Source: an uncultured Planctomycetota bacterium
GTDB taxonomy: Bacteria; Planctomycetota; Phycisphaerae; Tepidisphaerales; Tepidisphaeraceae
Reading direction: 5' to 3'
DNA: 64,000 nucleotides
Assembly: GCA_963841915.1 (NCBI GenBank)
Contig: CAWJEN010000003.1
Coordinates: 128,001-192,000, forward strand
How positions within the stretch are numbered: the stretch's first letter is position 1; each line of letters opens with the position of its first letter. Shown piece after piece: positions 1 through 9,006 of this stretch. Made by a program: the position numbers and the translations under genes. The notes beneath the pieces were generated by a model. The model did no database searches, was not told the DNA's origin, and worked only from the letters and a program-made list of their open reading frames with translations.

Positions 1-1
1 C

Positions 2-886
2 AAGGATCACGAGGAGATCGTCGCAAAGCTTGTCGAGAGTGGGGCGACGGTGATGCTGGGAGGCGGAGAGGCCTGGTTCCTGCCCGAGGGAACGCGTGGC
101 CAGCACGGCGAAGGCAAGCGGACCGACGGCCGCAACCTTGTCGAAGAAGCACGCGAGGCCGGCTACACCGTCGTCCTTACCCGTGAGGAGCTCATGTCGC
201 TCCCGGCGGAGACGGAGAAAGTCATCGGAATCTTCGCTTCGTACAGCACCTTCAATGACAAGCCGGAAGAAATCTTAAGCGAGCGCGGCTGGCCCAACTT
301 TGCCGTCGAAGCACCGACCATCGCCGAGATGACGGAGGTCGCCCTGCGCATCCTCGGCCGCGACGGCCGACAGTTCTTGCTCGTCGTCGAAGAAGAAGGC
401 ACGGACAACTTCGCCAACAACAACAACGCAAGCGGCACACTCGAATCAGCTAAGCGGGCCGACGACGCCATCGGCGTTGCTCGACGCTTCCTTGTCGATC
501 ATCCCCAGACGCTGCTGGTCACAACGGCCGACAGCGACGCCGGCGGCATGCACATGAGCGGCGATCCGATCGGTGACGACTGGCAACCCGGCGGTCTTGC
601 GCCGGAGACGAGCGTCAACGGCTCACCGATCGACGGCGTGAGTGGCACAGGAACGCCGCTGTTCCTCGCAGCACCTGACGCGCAAGGCAGACGTCTGCCG
701 TTCTACATCACATGGGCCACCGGCAATGACGTCAGCGGTGGTGTGCTGGTCCGGGCGGACGGCTATAACGCCCACCTCGTCCGCGGCTCGATGCAGAACA
801 CAGACATCGCCAAGCTCATCCGCCGCACGCTCTTTGCCGGCGGCACGCCAAAGCCGTCGGATGGTCACACATCAGCGGACAAGTAA
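2..886 (+). CDS. Alkaline phosphatase (PhoA superfamily), 5'-partial, atypical metal ligands
   Basis: Frame open from base 2. MLGGG, LVVEEEGTDNFAN and LLVTTADSD occupy the positions of the PhoA EGGRIDHAHH and VTADH motifs. Confidence 0.85.
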   Translation, partial: KDHEEIVAKLVESGATVMLGGGEAWFLPEGTRGQHGEGKRTDGRNLVEEAREAGYTVVLTREELMSLPAETEKVIGIFASYSTFNDKPEEILSERGWPNFAVEAPTIAEMTEVALRILGRDGRQFLLVVEEEGTDNFANNNNASGTLESAKRADDAIGVARRFLVDHPQTLLVTTADSDAGGMHMSGDPIGDDWQPGGLAPETSVNGSPIDGVSGTGTPLFLAAPDAQGRRLPFYITWATGNDVSGGVLVRADGYNAHLVRGSMQNTDIAKLIRRTLFAGGTPKPSDGHTSADK

Positions 887-3823
887 GTTCCGCAGCGTGC
901 GGCCGGCCCGCGGATCAAGGGCGATTGACTCGCTGATCGCGAGGTCGCACACGGTCAGTAGGCCGCTGTCGCGCTCGATCTCGAAGACCGGGAAGCGGAG
1001 CAGGTCGCGGTACGTCGCGTCAAAATCACCCGGCCAGTACAAGTGCGGCGCGAGGTAGCGACCGACGGGCGTGACGCGATCGTCTTCAGGATTGAGCCGG
1101 TGCACGCTCGTGGCGGCGAACGCGGGAGCGTCGCTGCCTTGCGCCCACCACTTCCAGTCGTCGCGGCCGAGGCCGTCGAAGAGCGGGTGGCCCTCGTCGC
1201 CGTGGCCGAGCATCTCGACGAACTCGCCTTCGACTGATTGATCTGACGTTCGCCTGCCCTGGGAGATCGATGGGTCTATGAACTTCCACGCGGCTGAGCC
1301 CTGCTGGAGCAACACCATCGGCACATCGACCTCCGTCGTCCGCTCGTCAATCTGCGAACCCTTCGGTCCGATCAGTAGCACGTCAGCGGCGGATGTGGTG
1401 CCGACTAGCTCGACGCCGGCGTCTGTCAGGAAGGTCTCGACGTCTTTCGGCAGCCCGGCCGAAAAGACCTTTACGCCCGCAAGATCGGCCGAGGCCCAGG
1501 CACGGCTGGCGATGCAGATCGGGTACTGGTTCGTCGAGACTTCGTTGCCGTCGGCATCGGTCAGCCGAAGCTCAATTGTCGCCTCGATCATGTCACCGTC
1601 AACGCTCGGCACTTCCAGCTTCAGCGGCACGCTTTCGACAGCGAAGTATTTCACGTCGCCGACCTCGAGCTGCTGTTGGCTCAAAACGCCGCCATCTTCA
1701 CCGACAACCTGCAGGTCGGCCACGAGCCCGCTCATGTCGCGGAACGTGACGTCGTCGTTTACGACGAACAGCTTCGTCTCGATTGTGTCGCCGCCGTAGA
1801 AGACATCCTGCGACGTCTCGAGCGCGATGAGCACCGGCTCAAAACCTTGACGCACGCCTTCCCACACCGGAAACGGCCGCCATTCCTCGACCGGGCGTGA
1901 CAGGGCGTACTGAATCCACGTGACGTTGCTGAAGAGCATGACGCCGGCGTTGAGCTGACCGTCGCGTTGGAAGCGCAGCTTTTCGCTCTTGCGTTTGCCC
2001 TCGGCCCGGGTGTGTTCGCTGAAGATGGCCGGGTCGCCGTCGACGCCCGACTGACCAATCCACGGGTGGGCCGAGTAGTGCATCTTGTAAATGGGGTGGA
2101 CTGCGCCCGTCTCCAGGATCTGGTACGGAACTGCGCATTCCTGGTTGATGAACGGCCTGTCCCCGCCCAGGGAGTTGCCACGGATGGGCTCGCCGTAGTC
2201 GTTGACATAGCTCGACGGGTGATACCAGCCCCAGTATGAGTGAATGTCTTCCATGTCAGCCGAGCCGCCGTGGTCGACGCCGCCCGACGTCTGAAAGATC
2301 GGCCGCGAGTCATCGAGCTCCCGCATCCCGTTGATGATGTTGGTGAAGATCGCGATCTTGTCCGGGTTTTTCCAGTCCCGCTGCAAGCCTTCGTTCGAGA
2401 CGCAGTAGAACAGGATGCTCGGGTGGTTGCGGTACTGCTTGACCGTTTCGAGCTGCTCGCTTGTCCAGTGCTCGATCAGCATCGCACCGGGCGGCGGTTC
2501 GGTTCCGGTCAGCGCCCACGGACGCACGCCCTCGGCACTCACGCCGATGCCGAGCTCGTCGCACAGGTCGAGCCACATGCGGTTGAACGGGTTGCCGTGC
2601 GAGCGGGTGATGGGCGTATTGCCCTTCACCATCAGCTCGAGAAAGCCGCGTGCCGTGGCCTCATCCGTCGGCTTGTAACCGTAAGGCGGCATGTTCGCCC
2701 CGCGCGACCAATACGGCTTTCCATTCAGCAGCACCTGGCGGCCGCGCGTCTCGACGGTGCGATACCCGACCTTGTGCGACCAGCTGTCGAGCAGCGTCCC
2801 GTCGTCGGCAATCCAGTCAATGACAAGCTCGTACAAATGCGGCTTCTGCGGCAACCAGTGCGTGGGCGACAGGCCGTCCTTCGTCAGCTTTGTCGTCTCG
2901 GTCGCCGATGCGTTGACGCTGAATTTGGTCGTGTCGCTCGTGAGCAGCTCGCCGGACGCGACCTCACGAATGGCGTAGCTGATCGTCCCGCTGATGGGCT
3001 TATCTGCCGGGTTGTCGATCGTGACTTCGAGGTCGTGTCCGGTGAGCGTTGGTTTGAAGAACGCGTCGTCGATTTGCCCGCCCGGTCGGCTGACGTGGAG
3101 CGTGACGTCCTGCCAAATGCCCATGAACTTTGCCCGCGGCTGACGCCCGAAGCCGCCGAACATGCCGCTGTTGAGCGACATGAGCATGTCGCGTGAGATC
3201 GGCACGGTGACGGCGATGTCGACCACCTCGTCACCGCCTTCGATCTTGCGGCCGCGCTCGACGTAGACGAGCAGCGCATTAGTCTGGCCCCACTTCAGGT
3301 GCGGCGTCAGGCGCACGCCGAACTCGCCGAACATGCCGACGTGGCCACCGACATGCGTGCCATTGACGTAGACGCGGCTGACCATGGCCACGCCTTCGAA
3401 GCTGACCCGCAGCTCGGGCGTTTGGCCCTCAATCTCCGGCAGATCGAACTGGTACAAGTACCAGCCGGCGTTGGTCGTCTCGGCGTCGAACGGCAGGGCT
3501 GCGACGCGTTGCTTCTCTTGCTCCTCGAACTCCAGCGAGATGTCGGGCAACCACCACTTCATCCGGTTGAGCATCTGCGGCACAGCCACTGTGTGCCAAG
3601 ACGAAAGGTCATCCGACAGCTCCGCCGCCTGACGATCGACTTCGTCTGTCGCAAGCTGCTCCGAGTCGGCGACGGGAAGGAATGCCCAATCACCCGACAA
3701 GCTCATTTTCTGCACCGGCGTTGCCGTCACGTGCGCCAGGTTGACAACGGGTGGTGGCGCAGCCTGTGCAAGCACGGCTGCCATCAGCATGAAAACAGCT
3801 GGTAATAGGTGCAAAGTTTTCAT
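872..3823 (-). CDS. Secreted glycoside hydrolase family 2 (beta-galactosidase/glucuronidase-like)
   Basis: Signal peptide; LSGDW, FEGV..VYVNG..GGH, W.P..P.LY, VGYR, RNHPSI, acid/base SNE; AGGA SD upstream. Confidence 0.85.
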   Translation of the reverse strand: MKTLHLLPAVFMLMAAVLAQAAPPPVVNLAHVTATPVQKMSLSGDWAFLPVADSEQLATDEVDRQAAELSDDLSSWHTVAVPQMLNRMKWWLPDISLEFEEQEKQRVAALPFDAETTNAGWYLYQFDLPEIEGQTPELRVSFEGVAMVSRVYVNGTHVGGHVGMFGEFGVRLTPHLKWGQTNALLVYVERGRKIEGGDEVVDIAVTVPISRDMLMSLNSGMFGGFGRQPRAKFMGIWQDVTLHVSRPGGQIDDAFFKPTLTGHDLEVTIDNPADKPISGTISYAIREVASGELLTSDTTKFSVNASATETTKLTKDGLSPTHWLPQKPHLYELVIDWIADDGTLLDSWSHKVGYRTVETRGRQVLLNGKPYWSRGANMPPYGYKPTDEATARGFLELMVKGNTPITRSHGNPFNRMWLDLCDELGIGVSAEGVRPWALTGTEPPPGAMLIEHWTSEQLETVKQYRNHPSILFYCVSNEGLQRDWKNPDKIAIFTNIINGMRELDDSRPIFQTSGGVDHGGSADMEDIHSYWGWYHPSSYVNDYGEPIRGNSLGGDRPFINQECAVPYQILETGAVHPIYKMHYSAHPWIGQSGVDGDPAIFSEHTRAEGKRKSEKLRFQRDGQLNAGVMLFSNVTWIQYALSRPVEEWRPFPVWEGVRQGFEPVLIALETSQDVFYGGDTIETKLFVVNDDVTFRDMSGLVADLQVVGEDGGVLSQQQLEVGDVKYFAVESVPLKLEVPSVDGDMIEATIELRLTDADGNEVSTNQYPICIASRAWASADLAGVKVFSAGLPKDVETFLTDAGVELVGTTSAADVLLIGPKGSQIDERTTEVDVPMVLLQQGSAAWKFIDPSISQGRRTSDQSVEGEFVEMLGHGDEGHPLFDGLGRDDWKWWAQGSDAPAFAATSVHRLNPEDDRVTPVGRYLAPHLYWPGDFDATYRDLLRFPVFEIERDSGLLTVCDLAISESIALDPRAGRTLRNLLVR

Positions 3824-3858
3824 GAAGTTCCTTTTGCTGTGATGAAGCTGGCGCTTCG

Positions 3859-6756
3859 CTACTCGCCGTCTAGGTCAGCCGCCCAGCGGATGCCGCCGAG
3901 CAGGTGATCAAGAAACATCGGGTCGGCAAACGATGCTTCAGTGTGCCCGCCACCTGTGTACCAGCTCCTGCCACCGTCGTAGATCTGGTACCAGGCGATC
4001 GGGTGCTTGCCCTGCATCGTGCTGCCTGCAAAGCTCGTCGTGTCGAGCGTCAGCAGGACGTTGAGATCCTCTGCGACGTCGCGGAAGTTGTACCACTCGT
4101 CCGTCCGCTCGAGCGGCGTCGGCAGATGAGCAGTCGACCGGTGTTGGCCGTCAATGATGTTAAGCGTGGCTTGCTGGACCTTCGGATGGCCGTTGAACTT
4201 CGCGCCGACGAGGCCGGTGTACCAAGGCCAGTCATACTCGGTGTCGGTCGCCGCGTGGATGCCGACGAACCCGCCGCCGTTCTTGATATACCGCTCGAAG
4301 GCGGCTTGTTCCTCGTCGTCCAGCACGTCGCCGGTCGTGTTCATGAAGACGACGACATCAAATCGAGCAAGCTCTTCGTCGTTAAAGATGCCGATCTTCG
4401 AGTCGTCGACATGCACCGAGTCGAGGGCGGCTGCGCGGAGCACGCGCTTCAGCGCAACCACGCCCGGCTCGATGCTTTTGTGGCGAAAGCCCGCCGTCTC
4501 CGTGAAGATCAGCACGCGCACCGGCTCCGTCGCCGGCACCACCGCATCGCGGCCAGGGATCTGATTCATCGTGTACCACGCCTCCGGTGACCACATGGCC
4601 TCGCCCTCGGCCGACGCAAGGTCGGCCCGAAGGTGCAGCACGCGGTCGGCCCGCATGTTCGGCAACACCAACCGCACCGATAGACCGTCGCTGGCGACGT
4701 CCGCCACCACGACCTTGAGCTGCTCGAGGTTGAGCTTCGGGCCGCCGTAGTCGCCGGTCGCTCGGTAGTTCCAATGCTGAACGACGTACTGCTTCTCGTC
4801 CCTTGCCTGCTCGACATCGATGGGTTTCGTGAATGTCAACAGCAGGCCGTCGGTGGTTGCGGTGACGTTCTGAAATTCGAAGGCAGTCTCGCCGGTCGGG
4901 TCGAGTCGCTGCAAGCCTTCCTGCGTGCGTTTCCACGCCCAGCTACGTCGTTCGCCAATGCCGCCGCAGTAGATAGAGCCGTTGTCGCCCTTCGCTAAGC
5001 GATGAAGGCCGACGACGAAGCCTTGGCTGTGCCGAAAGGCAGCTCCTTGAAGCTCGCCGTGGACGCGCTCGAGAGACACCCGACGCAGGCCGCCTTGCTT
5101 GATGTCGCTGATCAGCATCTGACCGGCAAATATGCCTTCGTCGAGCGTGATGCCGTCCGTCGGGCTGTTGGCGATCTCGTTCTGCGGCAGATGCACCGCA
5201 GGTGGCGTGACTTGTTCATCCGCGAACGGCGTCGGGTAACCACCATCGGGGTACAGACTGCTGATCATATTCCCGCCGCGGTAGCCGTAGAAGCGACCGG
5301 GCTGCAGATGGTTGATCTTGTTCGACGGCATCCAGTGACCCTGGTTCTCACCGACGAATAATTCGCCTTCGTGCACGAACAAACCGTTTGGCGTGCGCAA
5401 GCCACCGGCGACGAGCTCGTAGTCACCACCTGCCGGGTCGATGCGAATGAGGCTCCCACGGCCTTGCGGATTGGGGAAGGTGCCGTACGTGTCAGGCCGC
5501 AGAATCTTCTGGGCGTGCAGGCCGACGCCGACCGACAGCGTTGCGTAGAGCGAACCGTTGTGCAGCACCGGCCCGAAGGTGAAGTGGTGGTAGTTGTCGC
5601 TCTTCCAGCCCGACGCCAGCGTGTCGTGCTGCTCGTAGAAGCCGTCGCCGTCAACATCGGACAGTTTTGTTACCTCGTCACGCTGGGCCACAAACAGGGC
5701 ACGGCCGTCGGTCGCGACGCCGAGCGGGTGGATAAAGCCTTCTGCCGCGAGCTTCACCGGCACCGCAATCGCGTTGGCCGGTTCAGTCAGAGCGAGTTCA
5801 GCCGTCCGCTTAGCCCGCGCTTCGTCTGCCTTGCGTTGCGCTTCAACGGCCTCTTCTTCTTTTCCAGGTCTGACATCGCCAACATCGAGGTCGACGCTTG
5901 TGTCGACGAACGTATTGGCCTTCTGATCGACGCCGTCGAGGATCCACAGGTTACCGTTGGGCTCGTTCAACCGCGTCCCCTTGAAGTAAGGGTCAAACGC
6001 CGTGACGCCGAGCCTGCCGTCACCCAGGTATGTCATCCCGGCGACCTGCAAGCGAAATGATTCAGGCGCGTCATCGGCAGGAACAATTGTCGTGACCCGC
6101 CACATCGGGTGCATCGCCTCGAGTGGCCGACCATCGCCGGGTCGCGGCATCTGACCGTCGGCGGCAAATCGCTTCTGGCCCGGTGAGACGACCCGCGTCA
6201 GCCCGGCCTCGGTCTGCAGCCGGTCATCCGGAATCGTCTCGAATGCTGCCGCAGAAGGGGGCTTCCATTCGACACGAAGTCCCTGAGGCCCGTCGGCCTG
6301 GAACATGTCGACAACCAGCCGATGTACGCCTTCATCGAGGTGCACGAGCCCGACCTTGGGCCGCATGCCGTGACGCGTCGGATGGTCGACCACGACCCGC
6401 TCGTCGATCGACAGTCGGCTGCCGTCGTCGCTTGTCAGGCGGAACTGGTACGAGCCGGCCTCGTCAACCGTCAGCCACGTCTCAATGTGAACGACGTAGT
6501 TCGTCGTGACGCCGTCGACCCCGTCCGGGCCAATCGTCAGGTTGTCGAGCCTTTTGCTGATGTTGGGCGTCTGCCCCGGCACGACGCTCGGCAGCCGCTG
6601 CCACGAGCCGTCGCTTGCGTACAGATCAAGACTGACCCCTTGCTCAAATGCCTCTGCCGCTTCCGCGCCTGGCGCATTGACCTGCGAAAAGACCGACAAG
6701 CAGCCAAACGACATGAGCACGAAGGTTGCGACAACAGCGGGCGACTTCTTGATCAT
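3859..6756 (-). CDS. Secreted PA14 + beta-propeller (sugar dehydrogenase-like) + ThuA-domain protein
   Basis: Signal peptide from MIKKS with GGAGGAG SD; FRLTSDDGSRL (PA14); GLRTPNG/ENQGHW propeller; C-terminal TAGFRH, GGGFVGIHAA, DEWYNF, YTGGGH (ThuA). Confidence 0.8.
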   Translation of the reverse strand: MIKKSPAVVATFVLMSFGCLSVFSQVNAPGAEAAEAFEQGVSLDLYASDGSWQRLPSVVPGQTPNISKRLDNLTIGPDGVDGVTTNYVVHIETWLTVDEAGSYQFRLTSDDGSRLSIDERVVVDHPTRHGMRPKVGLVHLDEGVHRLVVDMFQADGPQGLRVEWKPPSAAAFETIPDDRLQTEAGLTRVVSPGQKRFAADGQMPRPGDGRPLEAMHPMWRVTTIVPADDAPESFRLQVAGMTYLGDGRLGVTAFDPYFKGTRLNEPNGNLWILDGVDQKANTFVDTSVDLDVGDVRPGKEEEAVEAQRKADEARAKRTAELALTEPANAIAVPVKLAAEGFIHPLGVATDGRALFVAQRDEVTKLSDVDGDGFYEQHDTLASGWKSDNYHHFTFGPVLHNGSLYATLSVGVGLHAQKILRPDTYGTFPNPQGRGSLIRIDPAGGDYELVAGGLRTPNGLFVHEGELFVGENQGHWMPSNKINHLQPGRFYGYRGGNMISSLYPDGGYPTPFADEQVTPPAVHLPQNEIANSPTDGITLDEGIFAGQMLISDIKQGGLRRVSLERVHGELQGAAFRHSQGFVVGLHRLAKGDNGSIYCGGIGERRSWAWKRTQEGLQRLDPTGETAFEFQNVTATTDGLLLTFTKPIDVEQARDEKQYVVQHWNYRATGDYGGPKLNLEQLKVVVADVASDGLSVRLVLPNMRADRVLHLRADLASAEGEAMWSPEAWYTMNQIPGRDAVVPATEPVRVLIFTETAGFRHKSIEPGVVALKRVLRAAALDSVHVDDSKIGIFNDEELARFDVVVFMNTTGDVLDDEEQAAFERYIKNGGGFVGIHAATDTEYDWPWYTGLVGAKFNGHPKVQQATLNIIDGQHRSTAHLPTPLERTDEWYNFRDVAEDLNVLLTLDTTSFAGSTMQGKHPIAWYQIYDGGRSWYTGGGHTEASFADPMFLDHLLGGIRWAADLDGE

Positions 6757-6972
6757 GTTGCTCCTCCAAGCAAGTGAATGGGCTAGAGCGTTCGCGAAAA
6801 TGCAATCGCAGTCAGACGGTCTCAAACACCCGCCGCACGCTAACAGAATCGTTCTTCCTGTCAAAAGGACTTACCGAGCTCGGAATGAGTACGACGGCGG
6901 AGCAGTGCGTGGACTGGTCCTTGCCACGCATGCATGCTGCAACCAAAACTGAAGGTGCTGCGGCTTGATTCC

Positions 6973-8790
6973 TCAAGACGCCGGTGAGTCTTCGAGACGA
7001 AGCTGGTGCTTGGCCATTTGCCAGTACCTTCCACGACGGCTGAGCAGCTCATCGTGTCGCCCGCGTTCTTCGATCCGCCCGGCGTTCATCACGAACAACT
7101 CGTCGGCATCGAGCACCGTGCTCAGCCGGTGGCTCACCACCACCACCGTCCGCTTGCCCCGCAGGCCCAGCAGCGTGTCAGTGATCATCCGCTCGTGCTC
7201 CGGATCGAGCGCGCTGGTCGGCTCATCGAGAACGATGATTGGTGCGTCGGTGAGCAGCGCCCGGGCAATGGCAATGCGCTGCCGTTGCCCGCCGGACAAG
7301 TTCGTGCCACCTTCGCTGATCTCGGTGGAGAAGCCGTCGTCCATCTTGTCGATGAAGCTTGTCGCCCCGGCCAGTTCTGCCGCGTGGCGGATCTCAGCGT
7401 CGGTCGCATCGGGGCGGCCGTAGGCAATGTTCTCGGCCACGGTGGCCGGCAGGATCGGGTTCTCCTGAAGCACCAGCGCCACGTGGCCGCGAACGTCACG
7501 AACTTTAAGGTCTCGAACGTCTTCGCCGCCGAGCAGGATGCGTCCGCCGGTTGGGTCGTAGAAGCGGGGCAGTAGGTTCAGCAGTGTGGTCTTACCCACG
7601 CCGCTGGGGCCGACGAACGCGACCATCGTGCCAGGCTCGATCGTGAAGTCGACGTGATCGAGTATCTGCTCACCGCCGGCTTTGTACTCGAACGACACAT
7701 CGGCGAACGCGAGTTGCCGCGAGCCGGGTGGCAAGTGCTTCGCGTGCGGCTTGTCCCGAACCGTCGGATCCCGATCGAGCACCTCGAAGACGCGTCTGGC
7801 CTGCACACTGGCCGACTGCAATCCGGCTGCCGACCCGCTGAGACTATTGAGTGGTTCGTACAAGCCGCCGATCCACCCGACGAACAGCACGAGCGAGCCT
7901 GCCTCGAGCTGGCCGTCGACGACGAGCCATCCGCCGTAACCAAACACCGCCGACGCTCCCGTGCCGAGGACCAGGCCTAGCAGCAGCCAGTAGATGATCT
8001 CCTGCCGGTGGAGTGCGAGCGACTTGTCGACGTAAGTGCGGACGCTCGTACCGAACCGCGCTGCTTCGTCGTCTTCTCGACGAAACGCCTGCACCAGGCC
8101 GACCGTGGCCAGACTCCGCTGAATCTGAGTCGTCACCGTCGCGTCAGCGGCCCGTTGCTCGACGTTGTACCGCTCGAGTCGCTTGCTGAACTTGGTGATC
8201 GTCAGGTAAAGGGCCGGCACAACCGCAAAGGCGACAAGCGTGAGCTTCCAACTGATTGACCACATCGCCAGCAGCGTCATCGCGAGCGCGACGATGTTGG
8301 TGAACCAGCCCATGAACGTCTTGAGCACGCCCTGGACACCGTGCGTGTCGTAGCTGAGGCGATAGATCGCGTCGCCCTGCGGGACGCTGCGGTGATAACC
8401 GAGACCAAGTGCCTGAAGCTTCTGGAACAACTCCGCCTGCGCGCGTGTTCGGCCGGTGTAGCCGAGCACGATGTTGAGCATCGCCTGCCAAGCCTGGAGC
8501 ACTTCCTTCAACAGCCGCAGGCCGAGCATCAGTCCGCCGAGAATCAGGACCGTCGTCAGGTTCTGTTCCCGCGGCACCCACGCGAAGAGCTGGTAGATGA
8601 AGCCGTCCCCGCCACCGCTGTCCTTTTGAAAGGCGTTGACGAAGATGGCCAGCGGCACCGACGACAGCAGACCCAATGCCGTCATCGCGATGATGAACGA
8701 CAGGCACAGTACGATGCGACCAAGGTCCTCGCGGTAGTACGCGAGGCTGCGCTTCAGAACAGGGATTTGCAGAGAGGAATCGTCCGGCAC
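6973..8790 (-). CDS. MsbA-like ABC exporter (fused TMD + NBD)
   Basis: N-terminal TM domain; Walker A GPSGVGKT, LSGGQRQR, LDEPTSALD, SHRLS. Confidence 0.93.
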   Translation of the reverse strand: MPDDSSLQIPVLKRSLAYYREDLGRIVLCLSFIIAMTALGLLSSVPLAIFVNAFQKDSGGGDGFIYQLFAWVPREQNLTTVLILGGLMLGLRLLKEVLQAWQAMLNIVLGYTGRTRAQAELFQKLQALGLGYHRSVPQGDAIYRLSYDTHGVQGVLKTFMGWFTNIVALAMTLLAMWSISWKLTLVAFAVVPALYLTITKFSKRLERYNVEQRAADATVTTQIQRSLATVGLVQAFRREDDEAARFGTSVRTYVDKSLALHRQEIIYWLLLGLVLGTGASAVFGYGGWLVVDGQLEAGSLVLFVGWIGGLYEPLNSLSGSAAGLQSASVQARRVFEVLDRDPTVRDKPHAKHLPPGSRQLAFADVSFEYKAGGEQILDHVDFTIEPGTMVAFVGPSGVGKTTLLNLLPRFYDPTGGRILLGGEDVRDLKVRDVRGHVALVLQENPILPATVAENIAYGRPDATDAEIRHAAELAGATSFIDKMDDGFSTEISEGGTNLSGGQRQRIAIARALLTDAPIIVLDEPTSALDPEHERMITDTLLGLRGKRTVVVVSHRLSTVLDADELFVMNAGRIEERGRHDELLSRRGRYWQMAKHQLRLEDSPAS

Positions 8791-8914
8791 AGCGGTAACG
8801 TTCTAGCAGGGGCGGGCGAGTGAAGGTTCGGCCGGTTCTGCTGAGGGCTGATAGGAAAGAGTGCGACGCGGTCGCAGACACCTCATCGAGAACTCTCGGA
8901 TACCCGCTGTCTGC

Positions 8915-8950
8915 CTCCGTCATCCCGAGCGAAGCCGGGGGATGACGGAG
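8915..8950. repeat. REP-like inverted repeat/hairpin (12-bp perfect stem)
   Basis: CTCCGTCATCCC-N12-GGGATGACGGAG between the GH-GT2 gene and the ABC gene. Confidence 0.6.
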
Positions 8951-9006
8951 AGGTTAATCGAGGTTGCTGTGGCACGTTCAGCGTCGTCCTGCACCCGAAC
9001 CGCGGG

